In this document: positions 8,557 to 19,375 of the stretch, one piece after another
How positions within the stretch are numbered: position 1 is the first letter of the stretch
Layout of the letters: the number at the start of each line of letters is the position of its first letter
IMG/VR virus record: IMGVR_UViG_3300028805_000088
Coordinates: 25,029-89,028 of that record
DNA from: a virus
Taxonomy: Duplodnaviria > Caudoviricetes
DNA: 64,000 nt
Strand: one strand, 5' to 3'
The notes under the pieces: generated by a model
What the model saw: the letters and a program-made list of their open reading frames with translations, nothing else
Databases searched by the model: none
What the model was told of the DNA's origin: nothing
Position numbers and translations under genes: made by a program

Positions 8557-11500
8557 ATGAGAGAAATTACAAGCGAGGTCGTTAACACATTCCTCAACGG
8601 ACATGACCCAATGGAACATATTATTACCATTGAGTGCGCCTATGACGAAGACAAGGTTAGCATCGTCTACATTAACGACAAAGGACAAAAAAGAATCAAA
8701 CTAGATGACTTTAAACCATTTGTGTGGGTTAAAAACAGTGCTGCAATCCGATTATTCGGAGGTGACAGAAAGAAAATAATGTCAAGACTCAGACAGTATG
8801 GAATAAGTGTCAAAAAACTCATTACAACAGAAGAGGGCAAGGCAGAAGTAAGTGACCGACTTGAAAACGGCTATAAGTACATGTTCTATGCCACAAGGAG
8901 AATGAGCAACAAAACATTCCAACAGTTCTTTCAAGAAGCTGGAGTTCCAATTAATGAAAGAGCTAAAAAAGACCAACCAAACGAATCAAACAGAGAATTT
9001 CTAGCAGTAACACCAGTTGAACAATATATGATTCAAACTGGTAAACGTCTATTTAAAGGTTATAATAACTACGATGACCTTACACGTCTCACGTTTGACT
9101 TGGAAACACAAGGTCTTAACCCTAAAATACACAGAATTGAACAGATTGGTATTCACACCAATAAGGGTTATGACAAAATCATTGAAATAGAGGGTAAGAC
9201 AAAAGCTGAGTTAGATGCTGCTGAAATGGCTGGAATTGAACAAGCGATTTTTATTCTATCACAGATTCAGCCAGATGTAATCGCAGGTCATAACTCAGAA
9301 AACTTTGACTGGGATTTCTTCATGGTTCGTTATGATGAACTTGGTGGAGATTTCCAAGAAATGACACTGAGATACTTTAAACACCCAATATATAAGAAAG
9401 CAAAAGAATCTGTTCTAAAGTTAGGACAAGAGGTGGAATACTATCGCCCAACTGTAATGTGGGGCCACATTATCCTAGACTCATTACATGCAGCACGTAG
9501 AGCGCAAGCATTGGATTCAAGTATGAAGTCCTCAAACTTGAAATACGTCACCAAATACCTTAAATTAAAGAAGCCAAATAGGGTGTATGTTCCTGGTGAT
9601 AAGATTACATCAACTTGGAATGTTCAAGAAAAAGTATATGGTTTCTCAGATACAGATGGAGATTGGTACAGAATTACAGAAAAAAGACCATTGCTAGATG
9701 GTTATGAACTTGTGAGTGGACGTTACATTGTAGAACGTTATCTTCTCGATGACTTGTGGGAAACCGATAAGGTTGAAGAGAAACTTAATGAGTCTAACTT
9801 CTTGGTAGGTAAGATGTTACCAACAACATTTACTAGGGCTTGCACAATGGGTACAGCAGGTATTTGGAAACTTATCATGCTTGCATGGTGTTATGAAAAT
9901 GGTTTGGCAGTGCCAGCAGCAGCGCCTAGCAAACGTTTCACAGGTGGCCTCTCACGACTTCTTAAGACTGGTTTCGTTGACCGCATTGTTAAACTTGACT
10001 ATAACTCCTTGTATCCTTCAATAATTCTTACATGGCATGTGTCAACGCCAATTGATATTATGAATGTCATGCTTTCATTCCTTGAATACATTCTAACACA
10101 GCGTGAGAAATACAAAGATTTGAAGGGTGCAGCAGGTGATAGGGCAAAATCTCTCAAGAAAGAACTAGCAGCATACGATGGATTGGATGAATTGTTTAAG
10201 AGGAATCTAAAGACTGAAATTCAGAAATGGGAGATTGAGAAAACAGGTAACGATAAAAAACAGTTGCCTTTGAAAATTCTTGCTAACTCATTCTTCGGTT
10301 CTTATGGTGCTCCTAATATATTCCCATTCGGTGATGTTGATGCAGCAGAAAAAACAACTTGTATTGGTCGTATGTCTCTTAGACTTATGATTTATCATTT
10401 TACACAAATTGGCTATACTCCTATCGTGGGTGATAGTGTCACATACGACACTCCTATACTTGTTAAAGGTGAAGATAATAGAATTGACATTATCCCTATA
10501 TGTGATTTGTTCAATGAGAATGAAGCAGTTGAATTTAACAAAGAACAATACAGAGATTTCTCTAAAAAAAATTGTAAAGTTCTTACAAGGGATGGATGGA
10601 AATCTATTGAATATGTATACAAACACAAGACAAGCAAGCAACTCAAAAGAGTAGAAACAAAAAACGGACTTATTGACTGCACAGAAGACCATTCTTTGTT
10701 CGATAATAATGGTAATGAAGTAAAACCTTCTACACTTACTCGTGGTGACAAAATAGAAGTATACACCAAAGATATTGACTATTTCGTAAGTTCAACAGTA
10801 ACTGATAGAGAGGCTTGGCTATTTGGCTTCTTTATGGCTGATGGCAGCTCTGTATACTGTGACAGAACCCAAAAATATTACTCTAAACGAAAGGGTGAAT
10901 GGGTAATACATAATGGTAAAAGAGCTAATTGGAAAATCTCTAATAAATCTCTTGATAGACTTAATAAAGCAAAAGAAATATTAGAAGATAGCTTCTTACT
11001 TAAAGCATCAATTAAAGACCATAGAACATCATCAAACGTCTATAATTTGGTTGTAGAAAATGTTGAGAATGCTAAATTTTTCTCTAATAATTTCTACACA
11101 TCATACAGATATAAAAAGGTTCCAGAGTTTATATTGAATGCTAAGAAAGAAGTTAAAAAAGCATTCTTAGATGGATTCTGTTGTGGTGATGGACAAAACG
11201 ATACAATTGATGAATGTATAGAATTTGGTCAGAAATCAAAGGTAGCTATGGCTGGGCTTTATTTCTTGATGAAAGAACTTGGGTATAATTTCCGTTGTCA
11301 TAATAGAAACGATAAACAAGAATTCATTAGTTTCAGTCTTAGGAATCATCGTGGAAATCTATTGAACGAAAACTATTCAGATAGGAAAGAAGATGAGGTG
11401 TGGAATTGCGGAAGCATTACTAGCAAATCAGAATATGTATACGACATATCAGCTAATGGTACATTCGTAAATGCTCTTGGTATGATTGTATGCCACAATA

Positions 11501-12954
11501 CTGATGGCTTCAATTTCCAAATGCCAACAGAAGATAAATTCAGATACACAGAAGAGCATCCTTATATTGGTAAGGGCCTTGGACGTAATACGGAAAAAGG
11601 TAAAGCCTATACCAAAGTAGAAGCTGACGTTGCAGAGTTTGAAGATATGTATATGTCTCAAGCATATAATGGAGGTATTAACAAAATGGGTCTTGGTATT
11701 GATGAATATTGTGATGCAACTATTAACTTCGCAAGAAAGAACTATGCCGACTTAATGCCTGATGGTACAACTAAGAAGGTTGGTAACACAATTAAGTCAA
11801 GAAAGATGAGTGGATACCTTGAGAAATTCATTGACGAAGGCGTAGATTTGCTTCTTAGGGGAAATGGATATAAATTCTTGTCGAATTATTATGATTATAT
11901 AGAAAAAATTTACAATTATCAAATTCCAATTAAGGACATAGCTTCTAAGGGTAATATCAAGAAGACGATTAAAGATTATATTGCAGACTGTAAAACATTA
12001 ACAAAAGCTGGCTCAAAGAAATCTCGTCAAGCTTGGTATGAACTTGTGATAAGAGAAAATATGAATGTAAATGTAAGTGACACAATATATTACATTAATA
12101 CTGGTACCAAAAAAGGTCACTCTGATGTAAAACGTGTAACACACTATTATGCATATGATGAGAATGGCGATAAAATTGAAATAACAAAAGAGGTTGAAAA
12201 ATTATACAAAGAAAACTCAAAGGTTGCTGCTGATGCTGGTGTTGACTCAAAGAAAACTCGTCTTGAGTTTGCAAAACAGCAATATGGCTCATCTGCATTT
12301 GATGAAGATGAAATCATACTTAACTGTAAACTAGTTCCAAATGAAATCCTTGATAAAGAGGAAGACGTTCTTTGCAGCGAATATGAAGGATTGGAATACA
12401 ATGTGGAGAAATACATTGACCAATTCAATAAAAGAATAACACCATTGTTGGTTTGTTTCCACCCAGATATTAGGAATAAAATATTGATAAATAACCCAAA
12501 AGACAGACTTTTCTTTACAGAAGAGCAATCTAAATTAGTAAGCGGTTATCCTAATAAGGAAGAAGACCAAGATACGTTTGAGGCGTTGATGACCCCAGAA
12601 AGAAAAGAAATAGAATTTTGGGTTAAAATTAATGAAACTCCTCCTTTTATAAAAGAATGTAATATTGATTGGGATGCACTAGTGAAAAAATACTTGGAAG
12701 ATGTTGAAAACGAGAAAAACGAACTCTTTGAAACAGAAAACGCCAAATACCTTGAGGCATTGGATGCTATTACGAATAAAGACGTTGAGGAATTTGAAAG
12801 CGAAGGCAAAATACCAACCGTATTATCAACAATAGTTACATTAGGTTCTGATATGAGATTCTATTTCAAGAAAATACCAAATAAAACTCCATCTACTGGA
12901 GGCTTCATCTTTGATGACATACAATATGATTATATTGATAGAAATGAACAATAA
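8557..12954 (+). CDS. polB: family B DNA polymerase with 3'-5' exonuclease and intein
   Basis: ExoI FDLET, ExoII GHNSENFD, motif A DYNSLYPS, motif B KILANSFFG, motif C GD|TDG split by intein. Confidence 0.95.
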   Translation: MREITSEVVNTFLNGHDPMEHIITIECAYDEDKVSIVYINDKGQKRIKLDDFKPFVWVKNSAAIRLFGGDRKKIMSRLRQYGISVKKLITTEEGKAEVSDRLENGYKYMFYATRRMSNKTFQQFFQEAGVPINERAKKDQPNESNREFLAVTPVEQYMIQTGKRLFKGYNNYDDLTRLTFDLETQGLNPKIHRIEQIGIHTNKGYDKIIEIEGKTKAELDAAEMAGIEQAIFILSQIQPDVIAGHNSENFDWDFFMVRYDELGGDFQEMTLRYFKHPIYKKAKESVLKLGQEVEYYRPTVMWGHIILDSLHAARRAQALDSSMKSSNLKYVTKYLKLKKPNRVYVPGDKITSTWNVQEKVYGFSDTDGDWYRITEKRPLLDGYELVSGRYIVERYLLDDLWETDKVEEKLNESNFLVGKMLPTTFTRACTMGTAGIWKLIMLAWCYENGLAVPAAAPSKRFTGGLSRLLKTGFVDRIVKLDYNSLYPSIILTWHVSTPIDIMNVMLSFLEYILTQREKYKDLKGAAGDRAKSLKKELAAYDGLDELFKRNLKTEIQKWEIEKTGNDKKQLPLKILANSFFGSYGAPNIFPFGDVDAAEKTTCIGRMSLRLMIYHFTQIGYTPIVGDSVTYDTPILVKGEDNRIDIIPICDLFNENEAVEFNKEQYRDFSKKNCKVLTRDGWKSIEYVYKHKTSKQLKRVETKNGLIDCTEDHSLFDNNGNEVKPSTLTRGDKIEVYTKDIDYFVSSTVTDREAWLFGFFMADGSSVYCDRTQKYYSKRKGEWVIHNGKRANWKISNKSLDRLNKAKEILEDSFLLKASIKDHRTSSNVYNLVVENVENAKFFSNNFYTSYRYKKVPEFILNAKKEVKKAFLDGFCCGDGQNDTIDECIEFGQKSKVAMAGLYFLMKELGYNFRCHNRNDKQEFISFSLRNHRGNLLNENYSDRKEDEVWNCGSITSKSEYVYDISANGTFVNALGMIVCHNTDGFNFQMPTEDKFRYTEEHPYIGKGLGRNTEKGKAYTKVEADVAEFEDMYMSQAYNGGINKMGLGIDEYCDATINFARKNYADLMPDGTTKKVGNTIKSRKMSGYLEKFIDEGVDLLLRGNGYKFLSNYYDYIEKIYNYQIPIKDIASKGNIKKTIKDYIADCKTLTKAGSKKSRQAWYELVIRENMNVNVSDTIYYINTGTKKGHSDVKRVTHYYAYDENGDKIEITKEVEKLYKENSKVAADAGVDSKKTRLEFAKQQYGSSAFDEDEIILNCKLVPNEILDKEEDVLCSEYEGLEYNVEKYIDQFNKRITPLLVCFHPDIRNKILINNPKDRLFFTEEQSKLVSGYPNKEEDQDTFEALMTPERKEIEFWVKINETPPFIKECNIDWDALVKKYLEDVENEKNELFETENAKYLEALDAITNKDVEEFESEGKIPTVLSTIVTLGSDMRFYFKKIPNKTPSTGGFIFDDIQYDYIDRNEQ
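10435..11499 (+). mobile_element. intein (355 aa) with LAGLIDADG homing endonuclease
   Basis: starts SVTYDTP after GD, ends VCHN before TDG; block B CTEDHSL; LFGFFMADG and FLDGFCCGDG motifs. Confidence 0.93.
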
Positions 12955-12988
12955 AAAAAGAGGCTAGAACTAATCTAGCCTCCTTTTT
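12954..12988. terminator. bidirectional terminator (pol / fibre)
   Basis: AGGCTAGA/TCTAGCCT stem with A and T tracts. Confidence 0.85.
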
Positions 12989-12998
12989 ATTTTATTAG

Positions 12999-15900
12999 TT
13001 ATCTTACGTTGTTATTGTAATCATAACTACTTGGTTGGTCTTCTGATAAATAGTTGGTGTTATATCCAGCCGCATCAGCTTTATGCCTTGCCTCTATATC
13101 TTCTGCATTGTGCTCATCATAATACAAGCCGCAATCCCAAACATTACTCAAATATATACCATTCTGTGGGGTATCAACAGAAGGTACAACACCACCTCCA
13201 TCAGTCAAACATACTATTCTAAGAGCGTTGGTATCTGTGAACTCTGTGTTAGTTGGGTCAATATAATCGCCACTAAGATTATCGATAATGATTTCTTCAT
13301 CTTCCACATATTCACCACTAGAGCCATTACCACGTGACAACTTAACGTCAACTACCATCTTCTTATTAGCACCATCGTCAATCCATTCTGATTTTGTTGT
13401 GCATGTCTCACCGCTAACCCACATTTCCATGATTTCACAAAGCTGATATGCCATTAATTGGTCTGCATCTTGGAATGAAGTAGCTGCACTTATAATGCAA
13501 TTGTGTACATCTGGCTTGTATTCGATACCTTCACCACACCCACCAGGTGCTGCATCACCAAATAAAGTCTTGTAAATCGAATCAGTTTTTCCGCTTACAC
13601 ATTCAGCTATGGTTGCAGCACTTGCTACTATGTCACCAGGAACATATAACGCATCTCCATCAACCATAAGAAGGTTATCTGTATGAGCTGCTATTTTAAC
13701 ATCAGCTCTTAAAACATCAGTAACTCCAGAAGGGTCAAGTGTTTTTGTAAGTTTAATAGGGGTACCATCATTATCAACAGTCCACTCATTCACTAATTCT
13801 TCAGCTGGTATTGTGACAGTTCTTGTTTCACCAGCGGCTGTTTTATAAATAATTATGATGTTTTTATGAACTGAATCATATTCTATCCTATCAACAATAG
13901 AACCAGCATTGAGTTGTATCTCTTTATCTGGTAGATTATTTCTCTTTAATGTTAACTTATTTGTAACACCATTATATTCAAAATCAACAGTAGAATATAA
14001 ACCAGTCAAGTTATTGGTAATGGTATTAGCCGAGTCTGTAGCAACTTTAACAATTGCTGTTACGTCAGTACCAACTCTCTCAAAATCGATACTTGTGGTA
14101 TCTTTGAAGTTAAGAGTTTGAGCCGAAATTGCATTTCTAAGTTCTTCCTCAGTTCTTTCTGCTCTTGCAACCTCATCAGTAATATCTCTACTAAGTCCAC
14201 TTTCAGCGTTAATAGCTCTAGTTGCCTCTGCTACAATCTTTTCTTCGATACGCTGTTCCTCACCTTCTGCACGAGAAATTTCTGCTGCAAGAGCATTCTC
14301 AAGTGAATCAACTCCACCTTCTGCCTCATTCATTCTATCACTCAATGATGCAATATCAGCCTTGTTTTGTTCAATTTGGGCATTTGATACATAAAGAGCA
14401 CCGTTGTCATTTACTAAGATGTTATCCTCATGGTCTGAAATAACTGATTCTGCATAAAGGACATCTTGAGTTGCACCACTTTTTCTGAATTTGGAAAGTT
14501 TAATTGCACCATTTGTGTCTTCAGATACACGCCATTCATCAATCAAATCATGTACTGGAATAACAACATCTGGCATTCTCTGACCGTTAACTGTATATTC
14601 GATAATGATTGCTTCCCTTATTTGGTCATAATAAATCTTATCTATAACAGAATTTGTCTTCAAGTCAAATGTCTTAGTTCCATTTGTTGTCTTAAATACA
14701 AGTACATTCTTACTAGTACCAGACTCGAAGTGATAATCAAGGTCAACGCCTGCATATAAACCGTCACTGTTCAATTTAATGACATTAGGCATACCCCCAA
14801 TTTCCTCTTCACTTAGATTTACACTGATAACTGGTCTAACTTGGTCTGTCTTATCAACATCAATTGAATGGTCATTATTGATAACGTCAATCAATCTACC
14901 TTCAGTATTTGCACTAAGAACATCAATCTCAGCTTGAAGTCTTGCATCCTCACCAACACGTTCAGCCTTTTCTCTATTGAATTCGTCTCTTACGGTGTTG
15001 CGAATGTTAAATCCATCACCAAGTTCATCATCTAATTTCTTCTCAATTCTCTGCTCTTCACTATTTGCACGTACAATCTCAGCCTCTGTCTTTGCTGAAA
15101 GCAATCCAAGATTAGCATCAATTGTATCAGTCTTTGCAGATATTGTGTTTGTCTTTGCTGACAACTCATTAAACTTATAAGTTACGGTCTCATGACCATC
15201 AATTGTAAATCCGTCACCAATTGTTTGCTCAATTGTACTTATTTTTGAGTCATGTTCTGCGTCCTTTGCGGTTGAACGAGCAATTTCTGTATCAAGTTTA
15301 CCTTCAATACGCTGTTCCTCGCTAGTTGCACGGTTAACCTCTGCATCAAACTCCGTTCTCAAAGTATCAACCTTACCACTAGTCTCAGTAAGTTTAGCGT
15401 TAATGTCAGCATCGTTAGCATTAAGTTTGTCAAGTTCATCACTCACATTGCCGTTTCTACCATATCTAATATTATCGGCAGCACCCTTAACGAACAACTC
15501 ATGGTTCTTATCAACCAAAATGTTATCTGGGTCTTCATAAATTGCAACGTCAGCAGATACCTTGTCATTACCACCAACAACTCTCTGCTTATGAAGTTTA
15601 ACGTTATGTCCGTCATTTACAATATCCCACTCCCAATCTTGCATCATTTCGCCAATTGGAACGTCACATTCTTGAATGTCACCGTTTCCATCAACATACA
15701 TGATGATAAGTGTCTCTGTTAGAGGGTCATAAACAATCTTCTTAAATGCTTCAACAGAATTAAGCTTAATTTCTTCAACGCTTGTTCCACCAGTTACATT
15801 AGATGTTGTAAAAACAAGCTTATTCTCTTTGTTAAGATATTTCAAAGTTGCTGTAGAATAATAACCATCTGCTTTTTCATAAATGATATTTGTACTATCA

Positions 15901-16880
15901 TTTGATACACCCTTTGTTGCGTCAGTAAGTGCCTCTTGGACGGTCATTTCCTCTCCATCCTTGAAGAATATGATATTATTTGCCAAACCGTCAACATACA
16001 AATATCTACCATCAGTAGTCTTCTTCAATATGTTGTATCTTCTATCAGCAAGTCTAACATCAGCTTTCAATACATCTTGCCAAGGCTCAACGTGGTTATG
16101 AAGAGAATCATCACCATATCCAACCTCTTCTCTTGTAAGTACGATAGGAGTATTTGAAGCTTCTCCTTCTACACCCCATTCATCAATAAGGTTTTCAAGT
16201 GAAACCACAATTTCAGTTTCATCCTTACACTTCAAATGCAAAGACTCATCCTTCTTACTATACCAACCAGCAACAAGATAATTGTTGTTGATAAGCCACT
16301 CCTTAGTGTCACCATTAACAGTGAAAGTAAGTCTGTCATTCTCTTTATCATACTCCATGTTTACATAAGTAAACAAACCGTCATCAGTGCTAAGAATGAT
16401 GTTTGGTTTACGAGCATCGTCAAATATTTGTGATGTCGCAACAACAACATCACCACTAATGATTGTACCGTTTTCTGTTTTCTCAGAGTATAACTTCAAA
16501 GTATTGGTATCTCTTGTGAAGATAGTCAAACTCTTAATAGCCTTCTCCAACGCATCACCCAAGTCTTCAATTTCCTTCTCTGTCTTATCAATATCAATAA
16601 TACAGAATCTATTATCATTGTATTGTGTTCCATCGTTAGTTGCAGAACCAATCACAAAGATAAGGTGTGGGTCATTCTCGCCAGTTGGGTCAGCCTCTGT
16701 GACATTTTTATACAAAAGAACTGTTGGCTCTCCTAATAAAGAAAAGCCATAGCTCTTATCTTCAAATGCCAAACCTTCATCGGCAAATCTTATTTGGCTA
16801 TAAATATACTCAATAGCATCCTCCCTAGTTTCAAATACAGGAGTATGATGTCTTAATTGTAATCTATTGATTGTATTCAT
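12999..16880 (-). CDS. very large fibre-like virion protein (paralogue 4)
   Basis: repeated beta modules (LIDEW..., DVL.ADV.I...DNIL), RATSEEQRIE coils; 21-bp exact match (14253..14273) to 5189..5209. Confidence 0.6.
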   Translation of the reverse strand: MNTINRLQLRHHTPVFETREDAIEYIYSQIRFADEGLAFEDKSYGFSLLGEPTVLLYKNVTEADPTGENDPHLIFVIGSATNDGTQYNDNRFCIIDIDKTEKEIEDLGDALEKAIKSLTIFTRDTNTLKLYSEKTENGTIISGDVVVATSQIFDDARKPNIILSTDDGLFTYVNMEYDKENDRLTFTVNGDTKEWLINNNYLVAGWYSKKDESLHLKCKDETEIVVSLENLIDEWGVEGEASNTPIVLTREEVGYGDDSLHNHVEPWQDVLKADVRLADRRYNILKKTTDGRYLYVDGLANNIIFFKDGEEMTVQEALTDATKGVSNDSTNIIYEKADGYYSTATLKYLNKENKLVFTTSNVTGGTSVEEIKLNSVEAFKKIVYDPLTETLIIMYVDGNGDIQECDVPIGEMMQDWEWDIVNDGHNVKLHKQRVVGGNDKVSADVAIYEDPDNILVDKNHELFVKGAADNIRYGRNGNVSDELDKLNANDADINAKLTETSGKVDTLRTEFDAEVNRATSEEQRIEGKLDTEIARSTAKDAEHDSKISTIEQTIGDGFTIDGHETVTYKFNELSAKTNTISAKTDTIDANLGLLSAKTEAEIVRANSEEQRIEKKLDDELGDGFNIRNTVRDEFNREKAERVGEDARLQAEIDVLSANTEGRLIDVINNDHSIDVDKTDQVRPVISVNLSEEEIGGMPNVIKLNSDGLYAGVDLDYHFESGTSKNVLVFKTTNGTKTFDLKTNSVIDKIYYDQIREAIIIEYTVNGQRMPDVVIPVHDLIDEWRVSEDTNGAIKLSKFRKSGATQDVLYAESVISDHEDNILVNDNGALYVSNAQIEQNKADIASLSDRMNEAEGGVDSLENALAAEISRAEGEEQRIEEKIVAEATRAINAESGLSRDITDEVARAERTEEELRNAISAQTLNFKDTTSIDFERVGTDVTAIVKVATDSANTITNNLTGLYSTVDFEYNGVTNKLTLKRNNLPDKEIQLNAGSIVDRIEYDSVHKNIIIIYKTAAGETRTVTIPAEELVNEWTVDNDGTPIKLTKTLDPSGVTDVLRADVKIAAHTDNLLMVDGDALYVPGDIVASAATIAECVSGKTDSIYKTLFGDAAPGGCGEGIEYKPDVHNCIISAATSFQDADQLMAYQLCEIMEMWVSGETCTTKSEWIDDGANKKMVVDVKLSRGNGSSGEYVEDEEIIIDNLSGDYIDPTNTEFTDTNALRIVCLTDGGGVVPSVDTPQNGIYLSNVWDCGLYYDEHNAEDIEARHKADAAGYNTNYLSEDQPSSYDYNNNVR

Positions 16881-16906
16881 CGTTATTATATATTGTTATC
16901 AATTTA

Positions 16907-19282
16907 TTAGATTTCGCCAAAGTTACCATCAAACTTAATCTTGATGAAATGTTCATCTATTCCATCTTTAGATTTAAGTATTAAGTTATACTCTGATTCA
17001 GAAGGAAGTGTAGATACTTTAAATTTATAATCCTCACTAGTATCTATTGTTAGACCTGAAATCTCGTCCTCAGTAGCCTTTGCCCTTTCGATTTCCTCAT
17101 CAAGCTTTAGTTCGATTTCATCTTCTCTCTCTGTAGCTCTCTCGATTTCATCTTCTATCTTCTGGTCAAGTGCAGCTTCAGCTTCTTCTGCCCTAGCAAT
17201 CTCAGCATCAATCTTCTCGTCAAGTCTCTGCTCTTCTGCGATTGCTCTTGCAATTTCATTGTCCAAGTCAACTCTCAACTCTGTTTCTGCGCTAATTGCA
17301 CGTGAAATTTCGTTGTTAAGTCCTTCCCAAAGGTCAGCTTCTGCTTGTTTTGCTCTAGAAATCTCATCTTCAATCTTTCCATCAAGTCTAGCATCTTCCT
17401 CTTCTCTTGTTGCTGCTTCTTCAGCCAATGCTTCCCAAAGTTCAGTATCACCAGAAATACGAGCCTCAGTTTCAGCACTTAATGCCTCAATGATTTCTGT
17501 ATCAGCAGAAATTCTTTCCATCTTCTCGATGTAAATTTCTTGCCTAATCTCTGTATCAGCAGAGATTCTATCTTCTTTCTCTTTGATAATGACTGGAAGA
17601 ACAAGCTTTAACAATCTCTCAACTACAAGGTCATCTGTGTTATATAAGTCTTGGCTGCAACCATCCTCAGTATAAACACGATATTCCACATTGTTCTGTG
17701 CCTCACGTTCAATTGTGATTGTCTCACACTCTTGGTCGTTCAATGGCTCAACATCATCTACTGGAACTTCTCCATCACATTCTGACTCACTCTCTTCAAT
17801 GTTGAAATTAGTTCTCCAACAGTATGTGATTTCCTTAACGTCAACAGCTTCACAAGGATTTTCTACTACTACAGTATCACCCTCGTTCATCTGTTTCTTC
17901 TCCCAATAGTATCCATTCCATTCATTCAAGAACAATGCCTTTCTCTTTTCAAGAACCTCACCATTGTTTACTTCTGCAAGCTCTGCGCCCTCTTGGTGTC
18001 CATCAGCAGGAATAAATCCTTCCTTCTTAGCATAGTTTGTTGCAAGCCAAATCTGACTAGTCTTAGGGAACAATATTGTCTTGTAAAGTACACCATCGAT
18101 ATATTCTGAATCGAAATAGTTACATCCATCATAATCCTTGACAAGTCTTACACTATAGAATGGTGATGGACATTCTGCTTCTTGAATAACACCTGATTTC
18201 TTATATGAAAATTCCTTAACATATCTATCTTGTTCAGCATCGCCATGAACGTGTGTTGTTGTCCAGAAGAATGCTTGTGCTTGGAATGCATCTGCTTGTG
18301 GTCTGTCATAAGCATCAAGACCAACCATACCTGCTGGTAGGATTGCCATTCCGTACTTGTCAACTCCAAGTGGAGAAATCTTCTTATCTTCTGGGAATTC
18401 AGATGTTGGGTCACTGATATAATCCTCATCAACATCACACGCCTCTTGTTCGAATGAACAACCTGTGGTTGGCTTTGTTGGATAACACTCACATGGGTCT
18501 TGTCCTAACCATCCACACTCTGACTTGAGATATTTACCTGCTAACTTACCAAGTTCAACATGGCATCTTGCAGACTCGTGGTTTTGGAATTCTTTACATG
18601 GCTCGATTGAGTTCAAAAGCAAATCCCAATCTGCCTTAGATGGTACACGCCATCCATGTCCTTCTTCTGCAACATTTGCTGAAATCTTATCAAGACCAGC
18701 ACCGTTGTAAAGATAGCCGTAATCGCTTACATACTCAACAGTTACATATCTTGTACCAAGTTTTGCCACCTCTGGTAATTTACCTCCCTTTGTCAAGTCA
18801 ATCTTTGCCTTAACAGGAGCATACATACCAGTCTTCTCAACACCGTTGATTCCAAGTGGATGAGCCATTGTTCCGTCACCTCTAAGTGTACCGTCTGTGA
18901 TAACCCTTGTAAGAACGTTATCGCCCACAAGCTTCATCAACTTATCGGCTGTGACAATATCAGTGATTTTGAATTTCTTAAAACCATCCTTGCCATCATA
19001 TTCGATTGTAAGGGTAGTTCCACTTTCGCCACACTCAGTGTCAACGTTTAGATTGTATGTAACGTCAGTAAGGGGAACGATAAGCTTTTCACCATTGTTT
19101 CTTGTAAGTATAAGAGACTTGTTGTTTGCATCGCCATCGTCATAAATGAACTCTGCACTCTTAATGTCCTCATCCTTTAAACTTTTGAAGTTAGAATCTA
19201 TTTCATTGATTGTTAACTTGCAATTCTTAGTTACATCTTCAGGATACTCGCTTACCAACTTGTAATAGTATAGTCCTTTCAT
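16907..19282 (-). CDS. fibre protein with Fib_succ_major (C-type lectin-like) domain and coiled coil (paralogue 5)
   Basis: YGYLYN, GWRVPSKADW, GKYLKSECGW, LPAG, FFWTTT, YSVRLVKD; RISADTE/RAIAEE coils; ends FGEI. Confidence 0.7.
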   Translation of the reverse strand: MKGLYYYKLVSEYPEDVTKNCKLTINEIDSNFKSLKDEDIKSAEFIYDDGDANNKSLILTRNNGEKLIVPLTDVTYNLNVDTECGESGTTLTIEYDGKDGFKKFKITDIVTADKLMKLVGDNVLTRVITDGTLRGDGTMAHPLGINGVEKTGMYAPVKAKIDLTKGGKLPEVAKLGTRYVTVEYVSDYGYLYNGAGLDKISANVAEEGHGWRVPSKADWDLLLNSIEPCKEFQNHESARCHVELGKLAGKYLKSECGWLGQDPCECYPTKPTTGCSFEQEACDVDEDYISDPTSEFPEDKKISPLGVDKYGMAILPAGMVGLDAYDRPQADAFQAQAFFWTTTHVHGDAEQDRYVKEFSYKKSGVIQEAECPSPFYSVRLVKDYDGCNYFDSEYIDGVLYKTILFPKTSQIWLATNYAKKEGFIPADGHQEGAELAEVNNGEVLEKRKALFLNEWNGYYWEKKQMNEGDTVVVENPCEAVDVKEITYCWRTNFNIEESESECDGEVPVDDVEPLNDQECETITIEREAQNNVEYRVYTEDGCSQDLYNTDDLVVERLLKLVLPVIIKEKEDRISADTEIRQEIYIEKMERISADTEIIEALSAETEARISGDTELWEALAEEAATREEEDARLDGKIEDEISRAKQAEADLWEGLNNEISRAISAETELRVDLDNEIARAIAEEQRLDEKIDAEIARAEEAEAALDQKIEDEIERATEREDEIELKLDEEIERAKATEDEISGLTIDTSEDYKFKVSTLPSESEYNLILKSKDGIDEHFIKIKFDGNFGEI

Positions 19283-19375
19283 AATCTGTTACTTATTATT
19301 TTATAGTTTTATTTTAATAATAAATATAAAAAGTTTTTAACTTGTTTGTCTTTTTCTCCATATTTATATAGAGAA

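Noticed and set aside
16907-19282. Diversity-generating retroelement targeting the Fib_succ_major domain
   Set aside because: No reverse transcriptase, Avd or template repeat in the window, and the domain is not at the gene 3' end
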